Shown piece by piece: positions 36,848 through 50,867 of a stretch of 64,000 nucleotides of DNA. The position numbers and the translations under genes were made by a program. Source of the DNA: Podarcis muralis (taxonomy: Eukaryota); contig NC_135656.1 of the NCBI RefSeq assembly GCF_964188315.1, positions 3,162,001 through 3,226,000 of the forward strand. The letters run 5' to 3'. Positions within the stretch are counted from its first letter, which is position 1. Each line of letters starts with the position of its first letter. Below the pieces are notes generated by a model. The model did not search any database and had not been told where the DNA came from. It saw only the letters and a list, made by a program, of their open reading frames with translations.

Positions 36848-38538
36848 TGTTCTCATCCAGATATTGCTGTCCTTCATTTTCTGCTCCCTAAGTCCAGAGA
36901 TTCCCTATGCTTTGAAAAATCTGACTAAGAAAGCTACATCAATTGCATAGGGACACTCCAGATTTGGGGAGGAAAAAGTAGTTGGAGGAAAATGTCACAT
37001 GGAGATAAAGGAGACACAGGTGGTTCACAATCCACATTAAACCTAGCTATGGATGGACCCTTAGTCCAGTATTTATTGAGCATTCATCCTGATTGGCTTT
37101 CAGGGTGTTTACACATATTCCCATTAATTATTCATCCCACACTTTTCAGTGCATTTTCCAGTCACCTTCCAAACCACAAAGGAGGCCTCCAGGTTACCTA
37201 TTTATTGTTTGCTTGCCCTGGTTTGCTTGCAAAAGGCTTACACAGAGATTGGATTACTGTATATCTAGTCTATATTGAGCATTAATTTTGATTTGTTTGT
37301 GGGACAGTTATATGACAATGAGCATTCATCTTCCTTTCATCCTGATTTGCACATCTTCCTGTTAGTCGTTTGTTCATCCCATTCTTTTCAAATGTGTTTC
37401 CCTTGCAATTGTTGTTGCTTTCCCAAAAGCCAGGTTCTTTTTAAACAAGTGGATTAGTTGCCCCAGGGCCACAGAGCGCTTTAATCCACTTTAGATGTGC
37501 AAACCTAATGTTCCAGTAAGTGCTTGTATTCCTCCCTGCAAAACATTGAGCTGGAAAGGTGGCTAGCCCTACTACTTATTACGTATTGAAATTGTAAAAT
37601 CCTCTCACCGATCACTCTGCCATTGTGGTAGCTGTTTCTGAACAATTATGTAGAATTTCCTGGGAATGTAATTAAAGTGACAGTCTTTCAGACAGGCTTC
37701 CAAGGCTTTGATTTAGGCTTCATGTGCAAAACATGGGGTTTTGCTTAACCAGCAATTTGATGCACAGGGTTTTGAAGCCAAAGAAAAGAAGACATTTCCA
37801 GGTTCTTAAGACATTCCCACATGCTCACTAGCTCATTCCAAGCAGTGCTGGGAAACCTACACCAGGGGAAAGAGGTGGGTGGGTGGGAACCAGGAAATGA
37901 CAATAATCATGAAGCAGGAAAGGGAAATGGACTCTCTTGGTTTTCCTTTTTTGTGATGAGATTTTTTTTTGGGGGGGGGGTATTTCCAGCAAACTGATCT
38001 GCAGGGCACAATGAAGCAAGCAAAATTTAGTTTTGTTCTCAAACTGTCAGCTGTGCTGGGGAAGCGGTTTTAAAAGCACTGATATCTTGACAGATCCTTA
38101 AAATACATAAAAAAAGTCCTGTTCCTGACCTCTGGAGCCCAGCCTGCTATTCTTAAGCCTTGACCAATTCCCATCTGGTTTCCTGAGTTATGGAACACTC
38201 TGTTCTGCTGGGTGGGAACCTCCCATCCCTTGCAAAGCTCTGCCGCAATGCAGGAGGAGGTCAGAGATAATGTGCTGTAGGTCCCCATGAATTAGCTGAT
38301 TGTCATAGATAGGACATGCGTACATAGTCTTGGTACACTCTGCAGCAGGGGCTGGGGACCTCAGGCTTGTGCGGGATTGTGGCCAATGCAGCTCTCTTTT
38401 TCCGGCCCCCAGGATTCCCCCCCCCCCTCCTCCCATGCCATGCACCTCACCAGCCCTGCTCTGCATCCTCCCTGAGTTTATTTTGCCTGGCTGGGTAATT
38501 GAGCTCTGATAAATGCCTCTAGTTTGCCTGGATGAAGA

Positions 38539-38544
<6 letters not shown>

Positions 38545-38622
<78 letters not shown>
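38545..38622. repeat. Compound (AG)n(TG)n microsatellite
   Basis: Directly visible. Confidence 0.95.
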
Positions 38623-38625
<3 letters not shown>

Positions 38626-38844
38626 CAAATCAACAAAGTTAAACTGCATAGCTGTTGCTCTACTGACTTTTGCCTCTGGCGCCTTCCATCGCTGGCATGG
38701 ATGTTGCCCTCAGGGTGAGAAAGGTCCCCCCACCCCTGCTCTGGAGGATCGGTGGCTCTGGTCAGCAACTCGGTTTTTTGGAAGGCTGCTTTGAGAAGAG
38801 CCCATCTCCCTTTGTGGCCAGATTGCTCACTGGGGAAAGGACGG

Positions 38845-39302
38845 TTTGAGCACATTACACCTGGCTGCCTATTAGTTTCCAGCTGCAATTAAAGGGCTGG
38901 TGTTGACCTATGAAGCCCTAAATGGCTCAGGACCGCAGTTCCTCAAGGACTGCCTCTACCCATATAAACCAACCTGGACTTGGCATTCATTATCTGAGGC
39001 TCTTCTTTGGGTGCCTCCTCCATGTGACGTCTGGATGGCAGCAACACGAGAACGGGGCTTTTGTGCAGTGCCCCCCCCCCCCAGTTTGTGGAATGCTCTC
39101 CCCTTCATTATATATCTTTAGGTGCCAGGCGTACACGTTCCTCTTCAACCAGGCCTTGGGATGATTGATATTCTATAGTCTTTTAAACGTGTTTGTGGGA
39201 TGGGGAGCTATTATTTTGTTGTTTTAACTATTTATTTGTGCTTTTAACCTGCATTTTTACCATATGAACTGCCATGAGATATTGTGATGATGGGCGTTAT
39301 AT
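38845..39302 (+). mobile_element. L2-clade LINE 3' end, older
   Basis: LTYEALNGSGPQFLKDCL remnant and a similar 3' UTR. Confidence 0.7.
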
Positions 39303-39393
39303 TTTATTTTAGTGGTTGCCAAGCAAATCCTATCTCCATATAACTGCCCCACAAACAAATCAAAATAGTCAATTAAGTTGAGATGCAGTCTTA

Positions 39394-39756
39394 AAGGTAA
39401 AGGGACCCCTGACCATTAGGTCCAGTCTTGGCCGACTCTGGGGTTGCGGTACTCATCTCGCTTTATTGGCCGAGGGAGCCTGCGTACAGCTTCCAGATCA
39501 TGTGGCCAGCATGACTAAGCCGCTTCTGGCGAACCAGAGCAGCGCACGGAAACACCGTTTACCTTCCCGCCGGAGCAGAACCTATTTATCTACTTGCACT
39601 TTGACATGCTTTCAAACTGCTAGGTTGGCAGGAGCAGGGACCGAGCAACGGGACCCAACATCGGGAGCTCACACCATCGCGGGGATTCGAACCGCCGACC
39701 GTCTGATCGGCAAGTTCTAGGCTGTGTGGTTTAACCCACAGTGCCACCCGCTTCCC
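39394..39756 (-). mobile_element. Sauria SINE, full length
   Basis: 13-bp TSD AGATGCAGTCTTA at 39381-39393 and 39762-39774. tRNA-like head and cctttaccttt tail. Confidence 0.92.
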
Positions 39757-40219
39757 TTAAAAGATGCAGTCTTAGAGGTGCACAAAAATCATACCTCTCC
39801 ACTCTGGCTAGAAGCCAAGGCTCCAGTGGGCAACTTGGTGGAGGAATCTGGTTGCTGGCAAGGGCCGTCGCAGCAGTCCTGCAGGGGCCCCCTCAGTCGG
39901 CCAGGCAAACTTTTTTAGTGTCTGGTCCATGGCCTCTCCCGGCTTCCCAGGTGCCAGTTCATCTACTTGCAAAGGGTCAAGGTTGCCTAGGTCTGCCTCT
40001 GCCTGTACATGAATTTTTGTGCAAGCTAATCGGGATGAATGCTCAATAAAATGGTTGTCTGGAGGAGCAGGAAGTGAGTTTCTCAGAGGCTTCTGCAGCT
40101 GGGGCCTCAGACAGCTTCCAGACTGTCACTATTTTGTGTGCGGGATTCAAGTCTCATAACAGCAAGTTCAAATTATGCAATTAAAACAGATTTGGCTTTC
40201 CTTCGTAACAACAACAAAA

Positions 40220-40688
40220 AATTATTATTAATAGTAGAAGTAGTAGTAGTAGTAGTTACTTATATCCTGCCCATCTGGCCAGGTTTCCCCAGCCACTCTG
40301 GGTGGCTCCCAACAGAATATTAAAAATAGAATCAAACATTAAAAACTTCCCTAAACAGGGAATCTGCCTTCAGGTGTCTTCTAAAAGTCAGATAGTTATT
40401 TATTCCCTTGACATCCGATGGGAGGGCGTTCCACAGGGTGGGCGCCACTACCGAGAAGGCCCTCTGCCTGGTTCCCTGTAACCTCACTTCTCGTAGTGAG
40501 CGAACCACCCTCAGAGCTGGACTTCAGCGTCCGGGCTGAATGATGAGGGTGAGGCGCTCCTTCAAGGTATACTGGGCTAAGGCCATTTAGAGCTTTAAAG
40601 GGCAGCACCAACACTTGGAATTGCTCGGAAATGTACTGGGAGCCAATGTAGGTCTTTCAGGAACGGTGTTATAGGGTCTCGGCGGCCA
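40220..40688 (-). mobile_element. L2-clade LINE 3' end
   Basis: Reverse complement of the 36381 family (LVLPFKALNGLSPVYL). Confidence 0.85.
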
Positions 40689-40839
40689 CTCACATGCTAT
40701 TTGTAGTAAAGAAAGTGGGATAAAGAGATGCGCTAGAAAGTGTGGAATAACAATTGCTCAATTTGATGTGTAACCTCCCTGCAAACAAACCATGATGATG
40801 CTGACAGTGGTGTTGCTTCCTTTGCTGGTGCCCGGGGTG

Positions 40840-41250
40840 TGCATGCATACATGTGTGCACGCTGGGCAGGACTGGGGGCAGGGCATGGAGAGTGAACAAA
40901 ATCCACCACGCCAGCCCAGTCCTTGCTGCCAACACTGCAAGGTGGGCACTGGGCCTGGAGGGGTCACAGGGCTGCGCTGCGCTGCGCCGCCTGCCTGCAC
41001 AGGGGGGAACCCAACTGGCTGGCGCAGCGCTTGGCGGTTGCATCCCCCCCAACACTGGCCAGGTGGTCATTCAGTGAGGGGGCCGGGGGTGTGGCAGCAA
41101 AACCAGACTGGGCTCTGGGTCCCAGAGACCCCTGCTAGCAGATAGGGCAGGGCGGGGTTCCTTGTGGGGGGGATCTGGTTTCCAGCCCCTCAAAATTTTG
41201 TGCCTGGGGCTATACCCCCCCCCCCCGGCCCTTCCCATGCTACATCCCTG
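40840..41250 (-). mobile_element. GC-rich hAT-like non-autonomous element, degraded
   Basis: End ...atgctacatccctg is the reverse complement of the terminus caggggcatag at 50868. Interior is shared with 50868-51190 and 12219-12790. Confidence 0.6.
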
Positions 41251-41531
41251 GATGCACTCATGTGGCTAGTCTGCTAGAGAAAAATTAGGGGCCTCCAGAC
41301 ATCTTTTCTCTCGTGCATTCATGATGATTTGTACTCCTTATGATGTTGGGGGGTCATATGCAACCCTGCTTTTGATCCTGTTTACGCCTCTAAAATTTGG
41401 TGGGCAGGCATACTGCTTCATTTCCACTCAGGACATGTCCCCCCTGCCCACCCCCAACGCACCGCAGGACATGTCCAGATCGCGGCCCTGCTGACCTACA
41501 GTCCACGCACCTGTGATTCTGTCTCTCTCTC

Positions 41532-41562
<31 letters not shown>

Positions 41563-44500
41563 TTTATTTTTGTAACACTTTTGTTGTACTGTAGTGCAAA
41601 GGTGCCCCTCCTGATGGCAATAATATGTAACACTGGAGAACCGTTGCAGACCTAATAAAATGGAATGATGCGTGGATGGTCCAGTATAAATTCATCACTG
41701 ATGCATCCACTGCTATTGCATCTGTGACATGTAGAATTACATACTCCGTCTGGAGGGCCCTGTAAAAGAAACCAAATGCCACCACCACTCCCATGGATAA
41801 AGAAAACACCAGCTAGATTTCTGGCATCTGCCACCTTTTATTCCTTTGATAGGTTCAATATTGCTCTCCTTTCTATCCTTCCTGACTGCCTGTAAAGTTA
41901 ACGGGAGGGGCAGAGGAAACTGGATATATTCAGAAGTTTAAGAGTTGTTTGAGCATTGGGTTGGTTTCAGAGTCCTCATCCTGCACACACCATTTCCCCC
42001 AAATTTTCAATTCCTTAATTTGTGCCCTTTGCACTAATCTTTCTTGCCCTGAGGGAAGAAGGGCGCTAGGAGCAGTTGCTGCAAAACACAAGTCAGTCGT
42101 GTGCTTTTGCCCTCAGGCCCTGCTTGTGGTCTTCCCATAGGCACCTGGTTGGCCACTGTGAGAACAGGATGCTGCGCTAGATGGGCCATTGGCCTCATCC
42201 AGCAGGGTTTTTCCTTCTGTTCTTAGGAATCAGACCGTTGGTTTCCTCAGGGCATTTTCTGTGCACTTTGAGTGGCAGCCGCTCTCCAGGGTCTCAGGTG
42301 GAGAAGGTTCTCCCCTTCTGCTACCCAACACACTTTTAACTGGAGATGCCAGAGATTGGACCACTTACATTTGAAACATGTTGAGTCACCTCCCTGAATG
42401 CCTGCCTGCTTCCATCTATTGCCAGTCTGAATAGCCACCTCCATCCCTTTCAAAGCTCACTTCCTGAGCCTTGCCATACCATTCTGGATTCTTAATAATA
42501 ATAACAATAGGATTTTGAATTTTCAATTATTTTTCTAGGGAATGTATTACAGTATAACAATATGAACAATAAAAACATGAGTCATGTGAGTTACAGAGTC
42601 AATGCGTTGTCATATTCCCAAATACGTCTCCAGAGTTTAACTCGCCATACCATGAAAAGGTTCTGCTAAGGCTGTCTTTTAATTTCCATAACTTACCCAG
42701 AATGTAAGATTTCTGTTCCTTTGGCACCAGATTTGGATTGGTGTGCATAGCAGTGTAAACACAACCCTTCACATGACTGGGATGTTGTGTAGCTGGGGAA
42801 AGCACCTCTCAACTGGCACACAATAGCGGGCAGTCATTGGCTGAGCCAGTGAGTAAACATGTTGTTCTGGACTCACTGAGAGCAAGGAAGGAGGGGGAAT
42901 GGATGCTGCAGCAGCTCCTTGTGGGCCCTGATTATGTAAGAGTCACTGCCCAGCCAGTTCCTGCTTTGGTGAACCTCCTCGCCCGCCGGCAGAGGCTGTG
43001 GCCAGCACCAGCCCACCATCCAAACAGATGGTTTCCTTCCCCAGCTTTGTGTGGATTTCAGCATGTTGGTAAGAGATACTAGGTACCTGATTTTGCCATT
43101 GCAAAGATGCCTAGCTGTGTTTTGTGTGTGTGTTTGTGTGTATGCATATGTATATGTGCATATTAGGATGGAAGAACCGGCCCATTTTGTTTTTCTGTGT
43201 CTCATTTTCCCAGTCTAAAGTTTGGTTCTCCACATTTCTGCAGCAATTTGTGATTTATTTATTTAATTTTCATGAGCATGAAAAATAAATAACCAGCATT
43301 TTAGTGCAAATTTCTTGATATAAACTTTTTTTTTTTGTATGTGGTTTGATGTACACCCTTGTTGTGCAAGGATTTTCCCCATGTATATGCATTTTTGTGA
43401 AAGTGGTTGGACAAGTGCATTGTAAAGTTCAGACAAGCATGTCGGGAAGTGCAAATTTGGAAGATTCCCCTTTAAAAATGAACTGAATTGAATCCCCCCA
43501 TCTCTAGAATGCACAGTTTCTGCATTTTAATGACACTTTCAAAGGTTCCTTACCCAGTCCCTTTGGTTCACTTTTTGCACTTGTGTGCACACTGTAAGGG
43601 CTGTTTAGTCCATTACACTGAGGGAAAACCAGAAGATGTACCAGGGCTTAATTCTTCCAATGGTAGAAATCTCATTCCGTGAGTTCATGGATGAATGGAT
43701 GCCAGTTGCAAAGGGTGGCATCCAGCAAAGAAGTTGCACCAGCGTAACAACTTCTGCCCATGCAGGGGAACTTCCGCTCTCCCTTTTCCACCCTGCGTTG
43801 CCCCTGCACCTTCCCAAATCTGCTCCAGAAGGTTGGAAGAACACCCAGGGAAGATTTGGGGGTGTGTGTGTGTGTGTGGAAACCAGCAAAGGTAAAAGGG
43901 AGAGGGGAGGTTTGGCACTGTGCAAATGCACTGGTGGAACCAGTCTGGTTCTCCTGCTGGTGTGTTTGCACTGCGCCAATCTCCTTGCCCTCTCATCCCT
44001 CCTCTTCCCAGTAAGCAACAGCGACCCACCTGCTGTGAAGCAAGTGTTGCAGCTGCATACCACTCTACCTGGTGAGCCACTTCAGTTTAACAGGAAGGCA
44101 TACAAACACCTGCAAGCAAACCAGAATGGTTCTTAGTTGTATAACTGCCTGTAAACAAATCAGAACAAATGCTCTATAAAATCCAGATATATTCTATCTG
44201 CTGCATAAGTTTTGTACAAGCAAATTGGGTTGAATGCTGAATAAGCAGGTCATTCAGAGGAGGCCTTTCAGTTGTGAGACACACAGTTCTAGCTTCACCA
44301 GAACACCTGTGCTCCCAGCGCATAATTTGCTATGGGTAAAGTATAAATTCTAGACCATGTTTGTGATGGTGTTCACTGGTAATTATTCCAGTTTAGCATG
44401 GAGATAGTGTGTGGTGCAGAAGAAGTTTTGTTTTGTTTATAAAAAAGGAGGTGGGTCATACTTAAGGTGCATTTGATGCATTTCATTGTTTTCATGGTTT

Positions 44501-47500
44501 AGGACCTTGTAATGAGCACGCATGCTGGCAATTAGGTAGCTGACTGCAATGCCTCAAGCATGGGGTAGGGGCATGTAGTAAGCCCATACTGGGGTAGGCA
44601 AGCCCATATTGTGCTAAGAGGGTAGTGTAAAAACTGTACTGGGAAGGGGACACGGAGCACTTATTGTGGCATTATTCAATAGAGTGCTGGACAAGGACCA
44701 GGGAGATCCAGGTTCAAATCCCTACTCAAGTCACAGCCACACCATGTACCTACAGCACATGGCTTCCTCCAAGGAATCCTGGGAATTAGTTTGTTGAGGT
44801 GGCTGGGAATAATACCTTTGCAACCTCTAAGCCTAACCCATTTTGCAGGCTTGTGAGGGCAAATGGGGTGGGGGGGGGGTGGAGGTGATCTATGCATCCA
44901 GCATTGAGCTCCTTTGGGGGCAGGACAGAACATATGTGGAAAAAATGAATTTACCTAACTTTGGATGGGGTTCCATGTGACTCGCCTCCTATTTTGGGAA
45001 CTCCCTGCTTACCATCTATGAAATGCCTCTGAAGGGACAAGGGGCTTTCTTGGGAAGCTACACATCAGATATTGGAGCTGAGACCCCCAGGGTCCAGCCC
45101 AGCCGCCGAGGTCTCCATAACCGCCTCCAATGTCACAAGGACACTCCCGCCTGGCCATTTTCTCCCCTGTGAGCCAAGAAGGCAACAGCAAAGGGGACTT
45201 TTCAAGCACAGCTCTGCCCACATTAACAACAAGAGCAGAGGCTGGCAAGCATTTTCTCTTCTGTGTCCCAAGCAGGCACAGTGGAGAAAGTGAAGTGTGC
45301 ATGGAAAAAACCTTGGCAGAGCCTCTGGGACTGACCGGCAGAGGCAGCAACAGAGGGGCAAAGAGCCCTTTGCCGCCATTCTCAGGTGAGCCTGCATGAG
45401 GAAGGGATGGAGCTGCGGCAGGAAGGGGTGCACTTGTGTTGTTGGGAAAGTACGTTGCCGGAGGCAGAACTTCCCACAACCGAATCGCTCAGGTGACACA
45501 GAAAATGCTCTCTCTCTTTCTCACTCGCTCTCCACACCGATTTACTCCCAGCCGGCTTTATTCTGGTTTTGGAGCTCACCTGGAGATGTCAAAGGGCTGG
45601 GAACAAACGTTTAAAAACAGCCTTGCTGAAATCTTGCGACAGATTATTGGTGGGTTTGGAAAAAGGTGAACCCAGCCTTCACTGATTACAGCTGCCATCA
45701 TGGAGGGCACCAGGTTGGCAGAGGCCGGGTGAAGATGTTTATGCTTGTTGACTGCATTGACCGGGAGTGGAGAAGCATCTGACCATGATGCCTGCTGATT
45801 TGGGCCTTGTGACTCTCGGCCAGTCAGTTTCGACACAGGGCAGGTCCTTCCTGCTCATCTGTTAGGAGTTCAGTTTGTTTCTTTACTTTTTTGTGAGGGG
45901 GTTGGAAGGAGGCCTTTCCCCTCTGGCTTCAAACAGCCGCTTCTTGCTGGGCTCCTGCCCCTTGGCCTCTCACCTGGGCTGGCCAGCAGCTCCTGCGTCT
46001 TGCCCTTTTAAACAGATAACTTGTTTTCACAGTTAAGAACCTCGGCAACAAAGCAGGCGATTCATGGTTATTTATAGCCCCGCCAGCCATGCTGTGGCCC
46101 AGTGTGAATTGGCTCATTCAGTAGGGCTTATGTACACACGCTTTGAAACAGAGCCCTCTTCAGCTCTCCTTGAAAGAACTACATGTCCCAGGAAGCCTTC
46201 CTTCTTTGCAAGGCGGGCTTGCAATTTGGGCAGCTTTGCCTGCTCCTCCTCTTTCAGGCCTCATTTAAGCAGGGTGCAACTCCCACCACCGCTAGGAGCT
46301 GGGTGTGCTCTATTTGACCCCCACTTTACAAATTCTGCAGCCTGAATAATCCTTTTCTTGCTAGGAGTAAATGTTTCTGCATTTAAGATTCAAGTCCCTA
46401 CAGCAGCCTTCCCCAGCCGGTTGCCTTCCAGATGTTTTGGACAGACTGTAGTATTGTTATAGAAAAAATAGGGGGTTTGGCTTTTGCTGTCCAACTCCCC
46501 AAGGGATGTAAAATTCCCTCCGGATGGGCATATAGGACCCCCCAAAAGAGGACATGTCTGGGAATTCCCAGATGTGTGGCAACCCTACCATAACACTGCC
46601 CTGTGTGAAGAAGACTTTTTGTGGTTTTCCCTCTAAATCTCCCACTGCTCTGTGTTGTAGGATGACTTCAGGTTCTCGTGTGATGAGCGAGGGAGAGAAA
46701 CTTCCACCCACTTTGTCCACACCATGTGCAATTTCTATAAACCTTTATTATACCCCTCCTTATTTGCCATTCCTCCCCTGAACCAAATATGCCACTTTTC
46801 CTTCTAGGGAAGTTGCTGCAGTGCCCAGTTTTATGGCAAGATTGTAGTCTTTCTTTAACCAAACAAAAACCACGGCCGCAACAGGCCACAACAGAGGCCC
46901 CATGGTGGAAGCGCAGGCTCTAGTCCAGTTGCCTCTGGAGCACCAGAGGTAATGCAGCAGGGTGCAGCGGCGGGCGTTAGGGGGTGGTGGCAGTGGGGGG
47001 TGGAGACCGGGCACCCACAGTAAAAGCTCTGTAGGGGCCCAGGCCCCCAGAGCTCTCTGGAGATGGTGGCAGTGGGGGCCTGCTTTCAATACTGTTTGTG
47101 CCTTAAGAAGTTTTGGGGCAGACATGGCTTTGTTTCCAATCAGTGCATATCCTGTAACTCCTTGCTAAGATCCTGTAACTTTTTTATACCACATATGTTC
47201 CAGGATTATTGTTGTTGTTTGTTGTTGTTTTGGTCTTGCTTTAGAGCTCCACAGTGCAAGGCTTCTCCTCTCTCCGACTGCAGTAACGCAGTAACATTGG
47301 GGAAGCATCGCAGAGCAATTAGATAAAGTGGAATGAAGTGCGGATGGTCCAGCCCAAATCCACCACTACTATTGTGTCAAGAATACAGCCATCCAAAAAC
47401 ACACCCATCTGGGGGGCCCCATTGCAGCATAAATGAATTCCACATACAGCAGCAAAGCACATGAGAAAGGAGCCTTAAGCAACATGCTATAGCGGGGGGG

Positions 47501-47874
47501 GGGGGGGTTCGCAAAGTGATCTGGGGCTGAGAATGGAGGTGGGTGTCAATTTGCAATCATGTCCCTATATTCCTCTGACGTGTCAAAGGCACAGTGCAAT
47601 CGCTTGGCTTAGGACAGCCCTGCCCATATTGTAGCTGCAGGCAGCTTTACCGGCAAGAAAACTTAGCAGCTGGCGAGATTCCTAGGAAGAAGTATGATTA
47701 TGATTTCTGAGTACAGATCCCAGTATCTGAAGGTGTCTTTGTTGTGACATCTCTCACACACGTGTGTATACTGCTTGGGTTGCCCATATTCTATAATGCA
47801 CCACGTAACATGCACACTTTCCTCCCTGCATCATATGGAGATGTGTGGGAGGGGAAGGGAGGCTCTGCTGGTAA

Positions 47875-47878
<4 letters not shown>

Positions 47879-47963
<85 letters not shown>
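47879..47963. repeat. Compound (TC)n(AC)n microsatellite
   Basis: Directly visible. Confidence 0.95.
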
Positions 47964-47967
<4 letters not shown>

Positions 47968-48304
47968 CCAATTTGCATGACTGGAATGCAGCTCCATTTC
48001 CGGCAGGACAGCTGTTGCATTTCTGGGTAATCCAAGCTTCAGTGCCCTCAGAATCCAGGAATGGGGATTTTGAGGGGGGCGCTGAGAAGGGGAGAAGGCT
48101 AGGGAAGGTCATTTGTAAAACTTGTCAGCTGAGGAATTCCTACTGTCATGGATGGTGCTTGTAAAAAAAAACCCCTCTCTTTACATAGTATTCTCTAGAC
48201 TCAGGGCCTCTCAGATGGGCACCATTGCCATTCTAAGAGAATGAGGGAGGTGTTCATGGTGAGTTCCAGAACCTCTTTTTCTAGAAGAATAGCACTGTCT
48301 AGTC

Positions 48305-48490
48305 CAGGGGTTGTCAACCTGGTCCCTCCCGCCCACCAGTGGGCGTTTCAGGATTCTGGGTGGGTCGGAGGGGGTTCTGTGGCACAAGCTGAATCCTCCT
48401 TCCATTGAGCACCGGCGGACAGTAAGGAAATTTTACCATCAAGAAAGATGCATTAGTGGGCGGTAGGTATAAAAAGGTTGACTGCCGCTG
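48305..48490. mobile_element. hAT (Charlie-like) MITE
   Basis: Termini caggggttgtcaacct / aggttgactgccgctg. TSD gtctagtc/gtctagac (7 of 8). Confidence 0.85.
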
Positions 48491-50280
48491 GTCTAGACTG
48501 TACTGTTCTCTTGAATATAATTTGCTTTAATGCATTTGAATATTGTATTTTAAAATTGTTGTAACCTTCCCTGGGACTTCATGATGGAGTGGTAAGATAT
48601 CTAAACAGCAGCAGCAGCAGCAGCTGTCAGGGAATACGAATACTTTTCTTTCCTTCTTATATATATTGTTCATTGCTAATATTTATAAATCACAAATCTT
48701 TGAGCAGAAACACTCTCTCTTACTGATGAATTGCGGTGAAAGTATTCATTCCTTCTGATCACTTTTTGGAATTTTCAGAAATAAACAAGCTGAGTTTAAC
48801 TTTCAAAGAATATGAGTGTACTTACGGTAGTTCTGAACAACTGCAGATAAACAGCAGAATGTGATACTGGAAACAGAATTCAGCTTCCTGAGAAACTCAT
48901 ACCCTTTTCAGAAAGATGAATGGAATCTTTTCACCCATTTCTCATCCTTCAAGTTTCTAGCTCTCTTCATTGCAAAGATATGCTTCAAAGCATTTGGTCT
49001 CCAAAGCTTAGAGATGTTGCGCAATACTATTTCCAGTTGACAGCGCTTGAGCTTCTGTGCCTCATGGCTGACCATGATTAAGAGATGCAGAATACTTATT
49101 CTTTTCATGAAAATTAATTAATCATTGATTGTTTATTACTGGAATAGGATGCATTCTTCTACTGATATAAACCTTGTAATTAGGCTGCAGCTTATGCAGT
49201 TACCTTGGAGTAAACCCCATTAAATACTATGGAATGGATTTTTGTGTAGGCACACAGAGGATCGCATAGTCTTATTACAGATGATTATATGCTATGGTCA
49301 AGGAAATATTTGCATTCATGCGACTGTAATTACCTGTACATGTCATCATTAAAGTAAAATGGTTACTCAGTTTCAGAATAAATTAAAATGGAACAGAGAA
49401 ACATGAATTATGCAAAATAATGGAAGAACAACAATAAAGTAGACACAATTGGATTTGGATAATTTATATCACAGAATTTCCTTGGAACGAATATGTTGCT
49501 TTAAAGAAGGGAGAAGGAAGGGCATTGTATACACAGCCCGACAAGGTGAATCTGATAAAATTGCAAAGCAACTTATGGTGTATTCAAATTGCAGCCTAGT
49601 ACTGTCATATCTTGAAGTACGGTATATCACTCAGGGATTCCTCAAAGCAGCTTTCAGTTCCTACTAATGTGTAGAAAAGAGATTCACTTTTGTTTATAGA
49701 GCCAAGAATGGTGATAGTGTGGCTATTCCAGTTTAATTAAACCGGAGTAAAATATTGTGATTTTGTTTAAGTTGCTCTTAAGCATACCCAGATGACTATT
49801 TCTCTTCAAAGCAGTTATTCACAAGAATGGTAAGGTTGCAAGACCCCTGAAAGGCCACCTAGTTTATCCCCCGGCCATGAGTCAGAACTCGCCATCCACC
49901 AGCATCCCACAAGAAAAAGCAAACTACGCCATTCAGACCACAAGGCGAGCAGAACACATCTTTTGCAGAAAGCTGATTACAGAGTGAAATAGCTTGGCAC
50001 AGTGAGCCAAGTTTAAAAAACAAAGCATACAGGGGCACTGCCAAACTGACCTGGGGAAATTCTTGTCATCCCCAATGTATTTGTTTGCTTGCTTCTATGC
50101 ATACATTCAGATGTCTTTTTTCTGCCTGGGGCACTCATATCAATTTACAATGAATCAGTCCAAAAAACCCCAACAAAACCCACACCTGAAATCCATTGTA
50201 ACAAAAGTTCAGCCTCCAGCAAAGTCATAGGAGTAGTAGCTAAAACAAATAAGCAATAATAAAAGCACCACTGGAAGCCA

Positions 50281-50428
50281 ACTAAATCGTAGAATTATAG
50301 TTGGAGGGGGAGGCAGAGGGCATCTAGTCCAACCCCCTGCAGTGCAGGAATCATTTGCCCAACATGGGGCTTGAACCCACAGCCTTGAGATTAAGAGTCT
50401 CATGCTCTACCAACTGAGCTATCCCAGC
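50281..50428 (-). mobile_element. tRNA-Lys(CUU)-headed SINE with CR1-derived tail
   Basis: Minus strand tagctcagttggtagagcatgagact-CTT-aatctcaaggctgtgggttcaagcccc, followed directly by a CR1-like gcagggggttggactagatg tail. A degraded copy is at 14065-14185 (+). Confidence 0.8.
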
Positions 50429-50867
50429 ACTCATTTTTTTTTTAAAAAAGGATATATCTTGTAAGGGGTAAACTATATGCTGCAGAGAATGTGGTGTTGC
50501 AACTGATAATGTCTGGTATAGACTCCCAACATTATCCCACTGTGAATTTCTCTGTTGCTTGTGGTGATGGGGAAATTGCTTTTTGTAAGTTGAACAAGAT
50601 GTTTTAGAAAGGGGAGGAGACTCTACCCCTTTCTGCCATTTTCAGCATAGGCTGCCTTAAACTGTGCAAGACAATTGGTCCATCAACACTGACTGCCAAT
50701 GACTCTCTGGGGTTTCAGACAAGGAGTCCCCCCACCTGAAAATGCTGGGGATTGAACTCAGGAGCTGCTATGTGCAAGGCAAATGCTCTAGTACTTAGCT
50801 GTGGCCCTTTCCAGTCGAGCCCTCACTCATTTTAATGTGCAGTTCTGCTGGAAATTGTTCATCAGGG

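Noticed and set aside
42490-42780. Possible additional L1 3' fragment (WKLKDSLSRTFSWYGEL)
   Set aside because: The resemblance is too weak to call without a search.
43605-44136. Cluster of overlapping 130-166 aa ORFs on both strands
   Set aside because: They span a (GT)n repeat, show no domain or splice pattern, and are consistent with chance in stop-poor sequence.
48723-48745. CTGATGA...GAAA hammerhead-like motif
   Set aside because: Stem II would have only one Watson-Crick pair and no stem I is possible, so it is a chance match.
50356-50428. tRNA-Lys(CUU) gene
   Set aside because: It is fused to a CR1 tail, has mismatched acceptor and T arms, and a second degraded copy exists. It is a SINE head.
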